Source: Flavobacteria bacterium MS024-2A (lineage in GTDB: Bacteria > Bacteroidota > Bacteroidia > Flavobacteriales > Flavobacteriaceae). From it: a DNA stretch of 49,488 bases. Each line of letters starts with the position of its first letter. Position 1 is the first letter of the stretch. The stretch lies in assembly GCA_905181895.1 (NCBI GenBank), contig CAJJAB010000009.1, positions 1 to 49,488 of the forward strand. The letters run 5' to 3'. A program made the translations under genes and the position numbers. Shown here piece after piece: positions 38,443 to 48,182 of this stretch. The notes beneath the pieces are model-generated. The model had not been told where the DNA came from. It did not search any database and saw nothing but the letters and a program-made list of their open reading frames with translations.

Positions 38443-39048
38443 TTAAAATTTAAACACTAATATAGCAGTAGCGTAACTTGCAACAGCAGTGTAAGCAGCA
38501 ATTTTATGAAGTTTAGAATTACTTTTTGCCAGGAGATTAGTAGCGACCATTGCTGAAAAATGAATTGAAGCCAAATATTTATGTGCTTTAATTGAACTTA
38601 GACCTTTATCCTTTTTATTTACTAATGGCGGAGGGGCAAAAAGTGACATGGCAGCTCCTGAAAAATAACTAATCGAAGTTAAATTCCCAACAGTCTTATG
38701 AGTTTTATAAAGATTTCTTTTACCATTGTATAACTGACCGCCTAATATTCCTTGAGCGATCATTCCCGCAAATGTAACAAACCCAATAATCTGATGAGTT
38801 TTAAGCATTTTCCTTCTTATTTTCAATTCTTTTTCCCGGTTCTTAATATTCAAAGAGATTATTTTGGAGGTTCTCATTAATCCTTTTTCACCCCAAAGCA
38901 AACGTTGTGTAAAAATCATTGAAGGAGGAAGAAGTTCCTGAACTTCTTGCTCAGTTGAAATTTCATCAAATAAAGAGTTATCAATCTGTCCCATCATTTT
39001 TTGAGATAAAAAAAGGAATATGAATAGAAGAATAATTATATTTTTCAT
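38443..39048 (-). CDS. Hypothetical four-helix membrane protein with conserved-looking His at each helix start (possible b-type haem protein)
   Basis: I prefer ATG 39048 (MKNIIILLFIFLFLSQ) to TTG 39060. The four predicted TM helices each begin with His: THQIIGFVTFAGMIAQGILGG, THKTVGNLTSISYFSGAAMSLFA, AHKYLASIHFSAMVATNLLA, LHKIAAYTAVASYATAILVF. Confidence 0.5.
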   Translation of the reverse strand: MKNIIILLFIFLFLSQKMMGQIDNSLFDEISTEQEVQELLPPSMIFTQRLLWGEKGLMRTSKIISLNIKNREKELKIRRKMLKTHQIIGFVTFAGMIAQGILGGQLYNGKRNLYKTHKTVGNLTSISYFSGAAMSLFAPPPLVNKKDKGLSSIKAHKYLASIHFSAMVATNLLAKSNSKLHKIAAYTAVASYATAILVFKF

Positions 39049-39143
39049 GATAACGAACAATAATGATTTAAATTTTTTTAAAACTTACTGTAATCTAACC
39101 TAATTTTTACTTTATGACCTTCAGCATAAAAGTATTTAATACT

Positions 39144-39179
39144 AAAACCTTTGAAAATCATTTGAAATTCAAAGGTTTT
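39144..39179 (-). terminator. Hairpin downstream of tRNA-Phe
   Basis: AAAACCTTTGAA (39144-39155) pairs perfectly with TTCAAAGGTTTT (39168-39179), a 12-bp stem whose 3' arm ends in U4 on the minus strand. It lies 10 nt downstream of the tRNA. Confidence 0.55.
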
Positions 39180-39189
39180 GGGTTAAATG

Positions 39190-39262
39190 TGGTACCTCCA
39201 GGAATCGAACCAGGGACACAAGGATTTTCAGTCCTTTGCTCTACCAACTGAGCTAAGGTACC
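39190..39262 (-). tRNA. tRNA-Phe (anticodon GAA)
   Basis: Reverse complement is GGTACCT-TA-GCTC-AGTTGGTA-GAGC-A-AAGGA-CTGAAAA-TCCTT-GTGTC-CCTGG-TTCGATT-CCTGG-AGGTACC-A. This is a 73-nt cloverleaf with a 7-bp acceptor stem, a TTCGATT T-loop and discriminator A. CCA is not encoded. Position 51-63 is a U-U mismatch in the T stem. Confidence 0.93.
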
Positions 39263-39279
39263 CCGCTTTTAAGCAATTG

Positions 39280-39287
39280 CAAATATA
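39280..39287 (-). promoter_or_regulatory. Bacteroidota -7 promoter box (TATATTTG on minus strand) for tRNA-Phe
   Basis: Plus-strand CAAATATA lies 18 nt upstream of the mature tRNA 5' end. The same TATATTTGC nonamer occurs upstream of atpD and the HU gene. Confidence 0.45.
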
Positions 39288-39348
39288 AACGCCTTTTATG
39301 TCCCACAAAAACATTTACCTATATTTTCTTTGTAAATTTATACATTAA

Positions 39349-40095
39349 ATGAAAAAGCAGAATAATCTAATCATAGATATTGGGAATACATTAATAAAAT
39401 ATTATGTATTTAATAAGGATACTATTTTGAAATCATATTCTGAAAAGCTTTTGAATTGGCATTTTTCATTGGAAAAAATAAGAAAAGATTATCCTGAATT
39501 TAATTCCGCAATAATTTCTGACGTAAACGGTTCTATTTTGAATAAACTTCAAAAGACATTAAACCCTTTGCCTTTGATTCTTTGTTCTATTGATTTGAAA
39601 TTACCCTTTGAAACGAAATATAATCCTCCACATCAGCTTGGCCAGGACAGAATTGCTTTGCTTGCGGCCTGCTGTTTATTATATCCAAAAAAAAATGTTT
39701 TAGTAATTGACATTGGTAGTTGTATAACGTATGATTTATTAGATCAAGACCGAATTCACCAGGGCGGTACCATTAGTCCTGGTTTTTCCATGCGCTTTAA
39801 AAGTATTTATGATTATTCAGGAAAATTACCTCTGCTTCAACCCGTTAAAGAAGGAAATAAGTTAATAGGAAATACAACTAAAGAAGCAATTCAATCTGGT
39901 GTTTATAATAGTGTAAGCTATGAATTGATCGGAATTATAGAAGCTTATAAATCAAAATACCAACATTTAACGGTAATTTTAACAGGAGGTGATTCTCAAA
40001 TGTTGTCTAAACCATTAAAAAATAGCATATTTGCGAATTCAAATTTCCTTGCAAAAGGGTTGAATTATATCCTAGCAATGAACCAAACTTCATGA
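39349..40095 (+). CDS. coaX: Type III pantothenate kinase
   Basis: 248 aa. Has LIIDIGNTLIKY (phosphate-1 motif), GQDRIA, VIDIGSCITYD and ILTGGDS. Confidence 0.88.
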   Translation: MKKQNNLIIDIGNTLIKYYVFNKDTILKSYSEKLLNWHFSLEKIRKDYPEFNSAIISDVNGSILNKLQKTLNPLPLILCSIDLKLPFETKYNPPHQLGQDRIALLAACCLLYPKKNVLVIDIGSCITYDLLDQDRIHQGGTISPGFSMRFKSIYDYSGKLPLLQPVKEGNKLIGNTTKEAIQSGVYNSVSYELIGIIEAYKSKYQHLTVILTGGDSQMLSKPLKNSIFANSNFLAKGLNYILAMNQTS

Positions 40096-41348
40096 TAAAA
40101 GTAAATTTATCCCTTCTATTATTTATCTTCACTAGCGCAATTTTTGCACAAAGTGGCTCATCATCTCCTTATTCAGGAGGTGGACTGGGAGAAAGAAACT
40201 TCAGTGGTACAGAAGCTAATCGTCATATGGGAGGCTTAGACGTATTTACAGATTCTATACATGCTAATTTAAATAATCCTGCCAGTTTTGGTTTTTTAAA
40301 ACTTACGACTTATTCTGTAGGAGTAAATTATACAAATAATAGTCTTTCATCAACCACGGATTCATTCAAAGCAGATACAGCTTCTTTAGATTATTTAGCA
40401 GTAAGCATTCCCGCGGGAATTTTTGGCTTTAGTTTTGGCATACTTCCTTACTCATCTGTAGGTTATAAAGTTAGAGATCTCTCGGGTTCAGATGATTTTA
40501 AAATTTCAAATCGTTATGAAGGTAGCGGTGGAATAAATCAAACTTACATTTCGATTGGAATTCCAGTAACAAAATTTTTCGCAGTTGGAGCCTCAATAAA
40601 CTATAATTTTGGAAAGTTATTTTATAGAACAGGGCAATTTTTGACCGGGATTGAAAATGGTACTTTTTTGAGTAATCAATCAAGTATATCTGGATTAAGT
40701 TATTTGTTTTCGGCGCAAGCTAATATACCTATCAAAAAGAAATATAATTTTCAGGGAATGTTTTCATTTGAACCTAAAGCTCCACTTAATTCTGAAAACA
40801 ATAGAGTATTTTATACTCAATCAATAAATAATCAGTCGGTATCTGATTTTATAGAGGTAAATCTTGATGCTATTGGATTAGATGTCACCTCTGTCGATAT
40901 TTCAAAAACCTACAAATTAGGATTAGGTTTCGGAGAAAATAAAAAATGGTTTCTAGGCTTGCAAAGAAATTTAACAAAATCAGCTACCTTTAACAATGAT
41001 TTTTTTAAAAGAGAAAATATTCGGTATCGTGACTCAAAAAAATGGACTATTGGAGGCTTTTATATTCCCAATTATGCCTCATTTACAAGCTTTTGGAGTC
41101 GAGTGGTTTATCGATTTGGATTCCGTTCAGAACAAATGAGCCTGATAGTTAATAATATACCTTTAACTGAAACCGGAATATCATTTGGAGTTGGTTTACC
41201 GTTGGGGGGACTTTCAAACGCTAATGTTGGTCTTGAAATTAGTCAACGTGGCCAGAAAGAATTTGGCCTTCTAAAAGAGACATTAATTGCCTTACGCATT
41301 GGTTTATCTCTTAACGATGTTTGGTTTATTAAAAGAAAGTTTAATTAA
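40092..41348 (+). CDS. Putative outer-membrane beta-barrel protein
   Basis: 418 aa with a signal peptide (FTSAIFAQSG) and beta-strand periodicity. The C-terminus ends ...VWFIKRKFN. It overlaps the coaX stop (ATGA). No specific family recognised. Confidence 0.5.
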   Translation: MIKVNLSLLLFIFTSAIFAQSGSSSPYSGGGLGERNFSGTEANRHMGGLDVFTDSIHANLNNPASFGFLKLTTYSVGVNYTNNSLSSTTDSFKADTASLDYLAVSIPAGIFGFSFGILPYSSVGYKVRDLSGSDDFKISNRYEGSGGINQTYISIGIPVTKFFAVGASINYNFGKLFYRTGQFLTGIENGTFLSNQSSISGLSYLFSAQANIPIKKKYNFQGMFSFEPKAPLNSENNRVFYTQSINNQSVSDFIEVNLDAIGLDVTSVDISKTYKLGLGFGENKKWFLGLQRNLTKSATFNNDFFKRENIRYRDSKKWTIGGFYIPNYASFTSFWSRVVYRFGFRSEQMSLIVNNIPLTETGISFGVGLPLGGLSNANVGLEISQRGQKEFGLLKETLIALRIGLSLNDVWFIKRKFN

Positions 41349-41360
41349 AAATTTGATTCC

Positions 41361-42752
41361 ATGAAAAGAACTAGTGTTTTAGTAATGTTATTTTTGAGTC
41401 TTGCAATCTTCTTCAAAGTTCAGGCCCAAGACGTAAATGAATGTATGCAGGATTTGTCCATTTTTGCTGAATTTGCTAAGGTAAAAAATTATAAATCAGC
41501 TTACGAACCCTGGATAAGAGTAAGAAAAGAATGTCCAAGTATTAACGTAGCTATATTTTCTTATGGAGAACGTATATTAAAAAACTTCATTAAAAATGGT
41601 ACTCCACAAGAAGTTGAGACTTCTAAAAGCGATTTAATTTTACTTTATGATGACTGGATTAAGTATTTCCCAAACAAGAGAAATAAATCTGTTCTTGGAA
41701 ATGTTTTAAGCAGTAAGGCACAAGCTCTTTTGGATTATAAAATGGCAGATTTGAAAGTTATTTACAGCACTTTTGATGAAGCATTTAAAAAGAACCCTGA
41801 AAGTTTTACTAATCCAAAATTGCTTTATAATTATTTTAAAACCTTATATAATCGTTACAAAGCAGGAGACCAAGAAGTTTCGACGGAATTGTTATTTGAT
41901 AAATATGAAGAGGTATCAGAAAAATTTGAACTGGAGGGAACCAATCTTGCGAAAAAATTAGATTTAATCCTCAAAAAGGAAGAAGAGGGTACAGCTTTAA
42001 GCACAAGAGAAACAAAAAACAAAAGAGTTTATAATATAAATTCAAATGCAATTGGAACTTACCTGTCAAATCTTGACGCAATAATAGCTAAAGAAGCAAC
42101 TTGTGAAAACTTAATACCTTTGTACCAAAGAAACTTTGAAGCAAATAAAGGAGATGTTGTTTGGCTTAAACGTGCAGCAAGTCGAATGGATAGTAAGGAT
42201 TGTTCTGACGATCAATTATTTGTGACCCTGGTAGAAGCTTTGCACGATTTAGATCCATCTGCCGATTCAGCGTATTATTTAGGATTATTAAATGATAAAA
42301 GAGGAAATCCTAAAGAGGCATTAAAATATTACGAGGAGTCAATTACTCTCGAAACGGATAATTATAAAAAAGCTAAAATTTTATTTAAAATCGCAAATAA
42401 ATTTAAGAGTTCAGGGCGTAAATCTTCTGCTCGAAGTTATGCAAGAAAAGCATTGGGCTTTCAACCTTCATTGGGAAGAGCATATCTATTGATAGCAAAT
42501 TTATATGCTGATAGTGCTAACGACTGTGGTGATAATCAATTTAACAAGCGAGCTGTATATTGGTTGGCGGCAAAAGAAGCGCTAAAAGCAGGAAATGTAG
42601 ATAGCTCTTTAAGAAAAATTGCTAAACAAACAGCGGAAAGCTACAATGGAAGAGCTCCAAGTAAAACAGATATTTTTACGGAAGGAAACGAAGGGACTAC
42701 TATCGCATTTAACTGTTGGATAAAAAGTAGTGTTAAGGTACCGTTACTGTAA
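41361..42752 (+). CDS. Exported TPR-like repeat protein
   Basis: 463 aa with a signal peptide. It is all-helical with repeated A/Y/L-rich 34-residue-like units (e.g. AYYLGLLNDKRGNPKEALKYYEESI). Confidence 0.5.
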   Translation: MKRTSVLVMLFLSLAIFFKVQAQDVNECMQDLSIFAEFAKVKNYKSAYEPWIRVRKECPSINVAIFSYGERILKNFIKNGTPQEVETSKSDLILLYDDWIKYFPNKRNKSVLGNVLSSKAQALLDYKMADLKVIYSTFDEAFKKNPESFTNPKLLYNYFKTLYNRYKAGDQEVSTELLFDKYEEVSEKFELEGTNLAKKLDLILKKEEEGTALSTRETKNKRVYNINSNAIGTYLSNLDAIIAKEATCENLIPLYQRNFEANKGDVVWLKRAASRMDSKDCSDDQLFVTLVEALHDLDPSADSAYYLGLLNDKRGNPKEALKYYEESITLETDNYKKAKILFKIANKFKSSGRKSSARSYARKALGFQPSLGRAYLLIANLYADSANDCGDNQFNKRAVYWLAAKEALKAGNVDSSLRKIAKQTAESYNGRAPSKTDIFTEGNEGTTIAFNCWIKSSVKVPLL

Positions 42753-43328
42753 ATGAAAGATAATTTATCAATCGTAATATTAAGGGTTATGGTTTTTACC
42801 ATAGCCCTTCTTTTTTCTTGTGAGGACAATTCTCAAGCATTAAGAGAAATGAATATAGATAATCAAGATCCACTTGCAACAGCCAGTAACATTCGTATGG
42901 TATATACTGATTCTTTAAAGATTCAGGCTGTTTTAACGGCCTCAAAACATATAGATTATACTAACTTGAGTTTTCGTTATGCTGAATTTACAGAGGGACT
43001 CAAAGTTATTTTTTATGATGATTTAGGAAACGAAAATGAAGTTCTTGCTGATTATGGTATCCTCTATGATGAAACTAAATTAATCGATCTCAAAGGTAAT
43101 GTAGAGCTCAAATCCCATGATGGTTCGATTTTAAAAACGAATCAATTATTTTGGGATTTCCAGAGTGAATGGCTTTTCACAGAGCAACCTTTCACCTTTA
43201 ACGATAAAGATTATAACTTTAAAGCTCTACGATTGGATACCAATAGAGATTTCACTAAATTTCAAACAGGAAGCTTAATTGGAACAATTACAGTTTCCGA
43301 ACCTGAAGACTCTCTTTCAAAAAAATAG
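42753..43328 (+). CDS. lptC: LPS export protein LptC-like
   Basis: 191 aa with an N-terminal anchor. It is beta-rich with repeated 'strand' motifs (MVYTDSLKIQAVLTA..., KGNVELKSHDGSILKTNQLFWD). Size and context (before a CNNM/CorC gene and ppiD) fit flavobacterial lptC. Called from memory of synteny. Confidence 0.45.
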   Translation: MKDNLSIVILRVMVFTIALLFSCEDNSQALREMNIDNQDPLATASNIRMVYTDSLKIQAVLTASKHIDYTNLSFRYAEFTEGLKVIFYDDLGNENEVLADYGILYDETKLIDLKGNVELKSHDGSILKTNQLFWDFQSEWLFTEQPFTFNDKDYNFKALRLDTNRDFTKFQTGSLIGTITVSEPEDSLSKK

Positions 43329-43415
43329 TATATTACTTAATGAGAAGTGAAATTTTAGATATTCAAAAGAGGATATATTTATAATTGACAGCTAAAAAAG
43401 AAAGAAAAATAAAAA

Positions 43416-43607
43416 ATGAAAAACTATCGAATATCAGAAATTTTATATTGGGTTATTGCCGTAATTTCTATCTATGAAACTATTGGCTTATGGGAAATTA
43501 ATCCTTCTAGAGCATATCTTTTTATAGGTTTTTCACTTATTTCTGTTTTTATGGCTTTATTTAGAAGACATTACCGGAAAAAGTTTAATCAAAGGAATAA
43601 TACCTAA
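43416..43607 (+). CDS. Small two-helix membrane protein
   Basis: 63 aa with two hydrophobic helices and a basic C-terminus. Its stop abuts the ATG of the next gene (TAAATG). Confidence 0.4.
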   Translation: MKNYRISEILYWVIAVISIYETIGLWEINPSRAYLFIGFSLISVFMALFRRHYRKKFNQRNNT

Positions 43608-44882
43608 ATGATTTTTACAGATATCATTATTCTTGTCTGTTTGACATTATCTGCATTTTTTTCGGGGATGGAAATAGCTTTTGTTTCTTCTAATCGAATA
43701 TATCTTGAAATTGAAAAATCCCAAGAAGGATTGACTTCAAGGGTATTAAAAACCATTACTCAAAATCCATCTCACTTTATCGCCACAATGCTCTTGGGAA
43801 ATAACGTGGCTTTGGTTCTTTACGGGATCTTTATGGGAGATAGAATTTTACAGCTTTTCTTTACCGAAACTTTTTTGACAGGGGAAGCAAGTTTAATCAT
43901 TGTATTTTATCAGACCATTATTTCGACAGGAGTTATCTTGCTTACAGCTGAATTTTTACCTAAAGTATTTTTTCAGTTATACGCGAATACTTTTATCAAA
44001 ATATTTGCAGTTCCAATAGCATTATTTTTTTATCTATTTTACCCTATTACCTATTTTATAATAGAATTTACCAATATTATTTTAAAGCACTTTTTTAAGA
44101 CAAATAATGATAAAGTTCAATTATCATTTTCAAAAGTCGAATTAGGCAATTATATTGAAGAGCAGTTGGAGTCGTTTCAAAATAAAGATAATTTAGATTC
44201 AGAGATTGAAATTTTTCAGAAAGCATTAGACTTTTCAGAAGTTAAAACTCGAGAAGCAATGGTTCCAAGAGCAGAGGTTGTTGCTGTAGAAGAACAAACC
44301 TCAATAAATGAGGTAAAAGAATTATTTATAACTACAGGTCTTTCAAAAATTCCTGTTTATAAAGAAACTATCGATCAGATTTTAGGATATGTTCATGCTT
44401 TTGAAATCATTACACAGCCTAAAGATTTAAAAAACATATTATTACCAGTGGCCTATGTGCCCGAGACCATGCTGGTAAATGATGTTCTAAAGTTGTTAAC
44501 TCGCCAACATAAAAGTATAGCTGTAGTAATTGATGAGTATGGTGGTACTTCAGGTATTGTTACTGTAGAGGATATTGTAGAGGAATTATTTGGTGAAATT
44601 GAAGATGAATATGACACTATTGCTCATGTAGAGAAACAATTGGGCGAAAATTCGTATTTATTTTCTGCAAGATTAGAGGTAGATTATTTGAATCAGAAAT
44701 ATCAATTGAATTTACCTGAAAGTGAATTTTATGAAACTTTAGGTGGAATGATTGCTTATTCAACTGGTGAAATCCCTGCAAAAGGAGAACATATTGGTAT
44801 CAGTTCTTTTTCGTTGAAAATTGAGAAAGTATCAGCAACCAAAATTGAACAGATTATCTTAACAAAAACCGAAACAAATTAA
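43608..44882 (+). CDS. CNNM/HlyC-CorC family membrane protein (DUF21 - CBS pair - CorC_HlyC), gldE paralogue
   Basis: 424 aa with the same architecture as gldE. Has [30 protein letters not shown]. Confidence 0.8.
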   Translation: MIFTDIIILVCLTLSAFFSGMEIAFVSSNRIYLEIEKSQEGLTSRVLKTITQNPSHFIATMLLGNNVALVLYGIFMGDRILQLFFTETFLTGEASLIIVFYQTIISTGVILLTAEFLPKVFFQLYANTFIKIFAVPIALFFYLFYPITYFIIEFTNIILKHFFKTNNDKVQLSFSKVELGNYIEEQLESFQNKDNLDSEIEIFQKALDFSEVKTREAMVPRAEVVAVEEQTSINEVKELFITTGLSKIPVYKETIDQILGYVHAFEIITQPKDLKNILLPVAYVPETMLVNDVLKLLTRQHKSIAVVIDEYGGTSGIVTVEDIVEELFGEIEDEYDTIAHVEKQLGENSYLFSARLEVDYLNQKYQLNLPESEFYETLGGMIAYSTGEIPAKGEHIGISSFSLKIEKVSATKIEQIILTKTETN

Positions 44883-44973
44883 TAGGCTATTTTTTGATTG
44901 CTATTTAAAAGCAATGTTCTTTCTTAATTCAATGGAATAGCTTAATTTCGCAAACTATGAAAAAATAGCAACT

Positions 44974-47091
44974 ATGGCCGTTTTAGGAAAAATTAGACAA
45001 CGATCCATCTTTTTGATTTTAGTAATCGGGATGGCACTTTTCGCATTTGTAATTTCAGGAGTATTTGGAGCCAACTCTGCGTCAGCAGGACCAACAGATC
45101 CTGTAGCAGTAATCAATGATGATGAAGTAGACATTAATGTCTTTCGTCAAATGGTTGAGCAAACAGAGCGTACCTATAACTATTCAACACTACAATCTGT
45201 AAATCTAGTTTGGAATCAAGCATTAAGAAATACCATTTTTGATCAACAATTTAAAACCTTAGGTATTGACGCGGGCAAAGATCAGTTAGAGCAAATTATA
45301 TCTTCTGATGAAAGCGTAATAAGCAATCCAAGCTTTCAAAACGAAGCAGGTTTTTTTGATTTCGGGGTCTTTACAGACTTTATCGCTCAGATGAAAATAG
45401 AAAATCCGGCTAGTTATGAAAACTGGAAATTACAAGAGCAAAGTATTGTTGGTGTTGCTAAACAAAGAATTTATTTAGACCTTATAAAGGCTAGTGCTAG
45501 GGTTACAGATGCCGAAGCAAAAGCTGATTATCATGATAAAAATGACAACATTAATATTAAATATGTTAAAATCCCATTTGATATTATATCCGATAGTTTG
45601 GTAAGTGTTTCTGATGCAGAAGTAAAAAATTATATTAAAGATCATGGCGCAGATTTCACAAGAGAATCGTCAAGAAACCTTCAGTATGTCGCTTTTTACG
45701 AAATACCTACAGAAGATGATCTTTCTGCAATAAGATTGCGTTTGGATGCCCTGAAGGAAGAGCGAGTTGCATACAACGATGTGTCAAAGTTAACAGATAC
45801 TTTAGAAGGCTTAAGAACAACTATAAATATTGCAGATTTTGTAGATCAATATTCTGAAGTTGCATTTGACTCGGTTTATCGCTCTCGAGGACAATTCAAT
45901 AACGAGTATGCAGACATTTTATTTAAATTAAATAAAGGAGAAGTTTTTGGGCCTTACAGAGATGGACAGAACTTTAAAATTTCTAGGTTAATAGATATAA
46001 AAGAGAATGCTTCACTCAGAGCCAGTCATATTTTGATTTCTTATGAGGGTGCCACTCGTTCAGCTCCAGAGGTTAGCCGTTCAAAAGCTGAGGCTAAAAT
46101 AGAAGCAAATAAAGTTTACCGTTTAGCAAGAAGATCCTCGGTTAATTTTGAGGCATTGGTTCGCGAATATTCTGATGGACCTACGAAAAAAAGAGGTGGA
46201 GATTTAGGATTCTTTAAAGAAGGGGAAATGGCCCAAGAATTTTTCAACTTTACTAATAAAAACAAAGTTGGGAAAATCGGTTTGGTAGAAACTGAATTTG
46301 GCTTCCATATTATAAAAGTGACTGATAAAGACGATCTTGCTCTTATTGCAGATGTAGTTGCAGCAGCAGTTGCCTCTGACAAAACATCAAATGAAGTTTT
46401 TAGAAGTGCAACTCAATTTGAGATGGACAGTAACGAAACATTAGATTTCGTAGCCAAGGCTGAAGCAAATAAGTTCGATATCCGTCCTGTAAAACAAATT
46501 ACCAGTTTAGAAGAAAATTTACCAGGATTATCTAAACAGCGTAACATTGTTCGTTGGACTTTTGAAGAAGACACCAAAATAGGAGATATTAAAAGATTTT
46601 CAATTGCTACTGGAGGATATGTCGTGGTTCAGCTTACTGCAAAAGTAAAAAAAGGTCTAGCTAGTATTGATGAAGTAGGATCTAAGGTTCGTGAAATTCT
46701 AAAAAATAAGAAAAAAGCAGAACGTATCAAAAAAAGGTATAAAGATAAAAATACCCTTGAGGCCCTATTAGCAGCAGATGAAAATTTTTCAATTGAAACA
46801 GCATCTGTTATTAATCAAAGAAATCCGTCTATCGTTGGGGCTGGTAATGAGCCCTATGTAGTAGGTGTTGGATTTGCTATGGAAGAAGGCGCAACATCAA
46901 GATTAATTTCAGGAGAAGACGGTGTGTATATGTTGTTTCTTGTTAAGAAAAACATAGTTAAGGATCTTGAAGATTATACTGATTACAAAGAGCAAATGAT
47001 GATTAATCTTAGCTCTAGAATTTCTGAAAATGTTTTCCTAGCATTAGAGTCAGTTGCTAATATTAATGACAATAGAGCTCTCTATTATTAA
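44974..47091 (+). CDS. ppiD: Periplasmic chaperone / peptidyl-prolyl isomerase PpiD-like
   Basis: 705 aa. Has an N-terminal anchor (SIFLILVIGMALFAFVISGVFG), a SurA-N-like region, and a parvulin domain (ASHILISYEG...GGDLGFFKEGEMAQEF...FGFHIIKV). Confidence 0.8.
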   Translation: MAVLGKIRQRSIFLILVIGMALFAFVISGVFGANSASAGPTDPVAVINDDEVDINVFRQMVEQTERTYNYSTLQSVNLVWNQALRNTIFDQQFKTLGIDAGKDQLEQIISSDESVISNPSFQNEAGFFDFGVFTDFIAQMKIENPASYENWKLQEQSIVGVAKQRIYLDLIKASARVTDAEAKADYHDKNDNINIKYVKIPFDIISDSLVSVSDAEVKNYIKDHGADFTRESSRNLQYVAFYEIPTEDDLSAIRLRLDALKEERVAYNDVSKLTDTLEGLRTTINIADFVDQYSEVAFDSVYRSRGQFNNEYADILFKLNKGEVFGPYRDGQNFKISRLIDIKENASLRASHILISYEGATRSAPEVSRSKAEAKIEANKVYRLARRSSVNFEALVREYSDGPTKKRGGDLGFFKEGEMAQEFFNFTNKNKVGKIGLVETEFGFHIIKVTDKDDLALIADVVAAAVASDKTSNEVFRSATQFEMDSNETLDFVAKAEANKFDIRPVKQITSLEENLPGLSKQRNIVRWTFEEDTKIGDIKRFSIATGGYVVVQLTAKVKKGLASIDEVGSKVREILKNKKKAERIKKRYKDKNTLEALLAADENFSIETASVINQRNPSIVGAGNEPYVVGVGFAMEEGATSRLISGEDGVYMLFLVKKNIVKDLEDYTDYKEQMMINLSSRISENVFLALESVANINDNRALYY

Positions 47092-47275
47092 ATAAAAAAT
47101 CAAAAAATTTTTCATATAACCTCTTCTTACATGGGGTCTTATTTTTGGCGTTAATCATTTTTATATAATTTACTAATTTTATTTATCAAAAAAAAGTGAG
47201 CTACGAACTTGGATAGAATAGAAATAAAATCAGTAATATACTTGCTTAAAAACCACTTCAATTTGTTAAAACATA

Positions 47276-48181
47276 CTAATTCTTAAAAAACATTTCCGAA
47301 TAAGAAATTACTGTTTTATATCCTTTGCCATAAAAAAATTGTGGTGTTTCTGTATTTCCAGAAGCAAGAATAAAGTCACCTCCCCAAGCTCCAAGACTTT
47401 TGATAGCACCATTAAAATCTTTAAATAATAACTGTTGAATTGGGGTCTGGTTTAATAATAATCCAATATGTCTTTCGTGTTCTATTATCAGTTTATCAAA
47501 TAGACTTTGATCTAAACAATTTAGCATTTCTTTTGTTATTGAATTAACGATAGAGATCAGCTCTTGATTGATTAATTCTATATTCAATGAGTTTATTGCC
47601 GTAAAACTACTTTGTTTTTTGTTTAGATAAACAAAAAATAAATGCTCTTTAAACGGAGGCTCAAAAGTAACAGATTCGATCAGGGGATTCATGCCATTTC
47701 TCGTATAACATAATGGGGTATGGGATTGAGCACAAGCAATATCATATCCACTTCCACCAAAACTTTGCTCCAATAATTTATATGGACTTACATTGGCCCA
47801 TAATCCAATATTTGAAATTAAAGTAGAGGAGCTCCCTAAGCCCCAGTTTTGATTAAATTCTAAATGAGTTTCTACACTTCCTCCTTCATTGACTAAAAAA
47901 TGTTGATTTTGTTTTTTGGCTGATCTTAAAATGGCACTTAATTTTTTTGCAGTATTAGTATTTGAACTTTCTTTAATCGAAAAAGAAGGCAGGTGAAGCC
48001 GAGCTGTAAACCATGACTTTTTATTTACGTCAAAACTTTCCCAGTCAAGGTATTTTGACTCTTTAGATTTAAAGTTTAAAATCTGTCCTTTTTTACAAGG
48101 AATAGCTAGTGCTCTTGCCCCTTTTAGGACAGCATATTCTGCAGTTATTAATAACTTTCCGTGACTGTAAAACGATTGCAT
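47276..48181 (-). CDS. GHMP-family kinase (GYDIA-type; candidate mevalonate-pathway kinase)
   Basis: 301 aa. Has GHMP motif II NWGLGSSSTLIS and the signature GGSGYDIACAQ. It starts 1 nt downstream of the HMG-CoA reductase stop. Confidence 0.75.
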   Translation of the reverse strand: MQSFYSHGKLLITAEYAVLKGARALAIPCKKGQILNFKSKESKYLDWESFDVNKKSWFTARLHLPSFSIKESSNTNTAKKLSAILRSAKKQNQHFLVNEGGSVETHLEFNQNWGLGSSSTLISNIGLWANVSPYKLLEQSFGGSGYDIACAQSHTPLCYTRNGMNPLIESVTFEPPFKEHLFFVYLNKKQSSFTAINSLNIELINQELISIVNSITKEMLNCLDQSLFDKLIIEHERHIGLLLNQTPIQQLLFKDFNGAIKSLGAWGGDFILASGNTETPQFFYGKGYKTVISYSEMFFKN

Positions 48182-48182
48182 T

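Noticed and set aside
19669-44882. Two CNNM/CorC-type genes (gldE at 19669 and its paralogue at 43608) as a possible recent duplication.
   Set aside because: The sequences share architecture and the [10 protein letters not shown] motif but are otherwise strongly diverged. Each sits in its own conserved-looking context, so these are ancient paralogues rather than a repeat.
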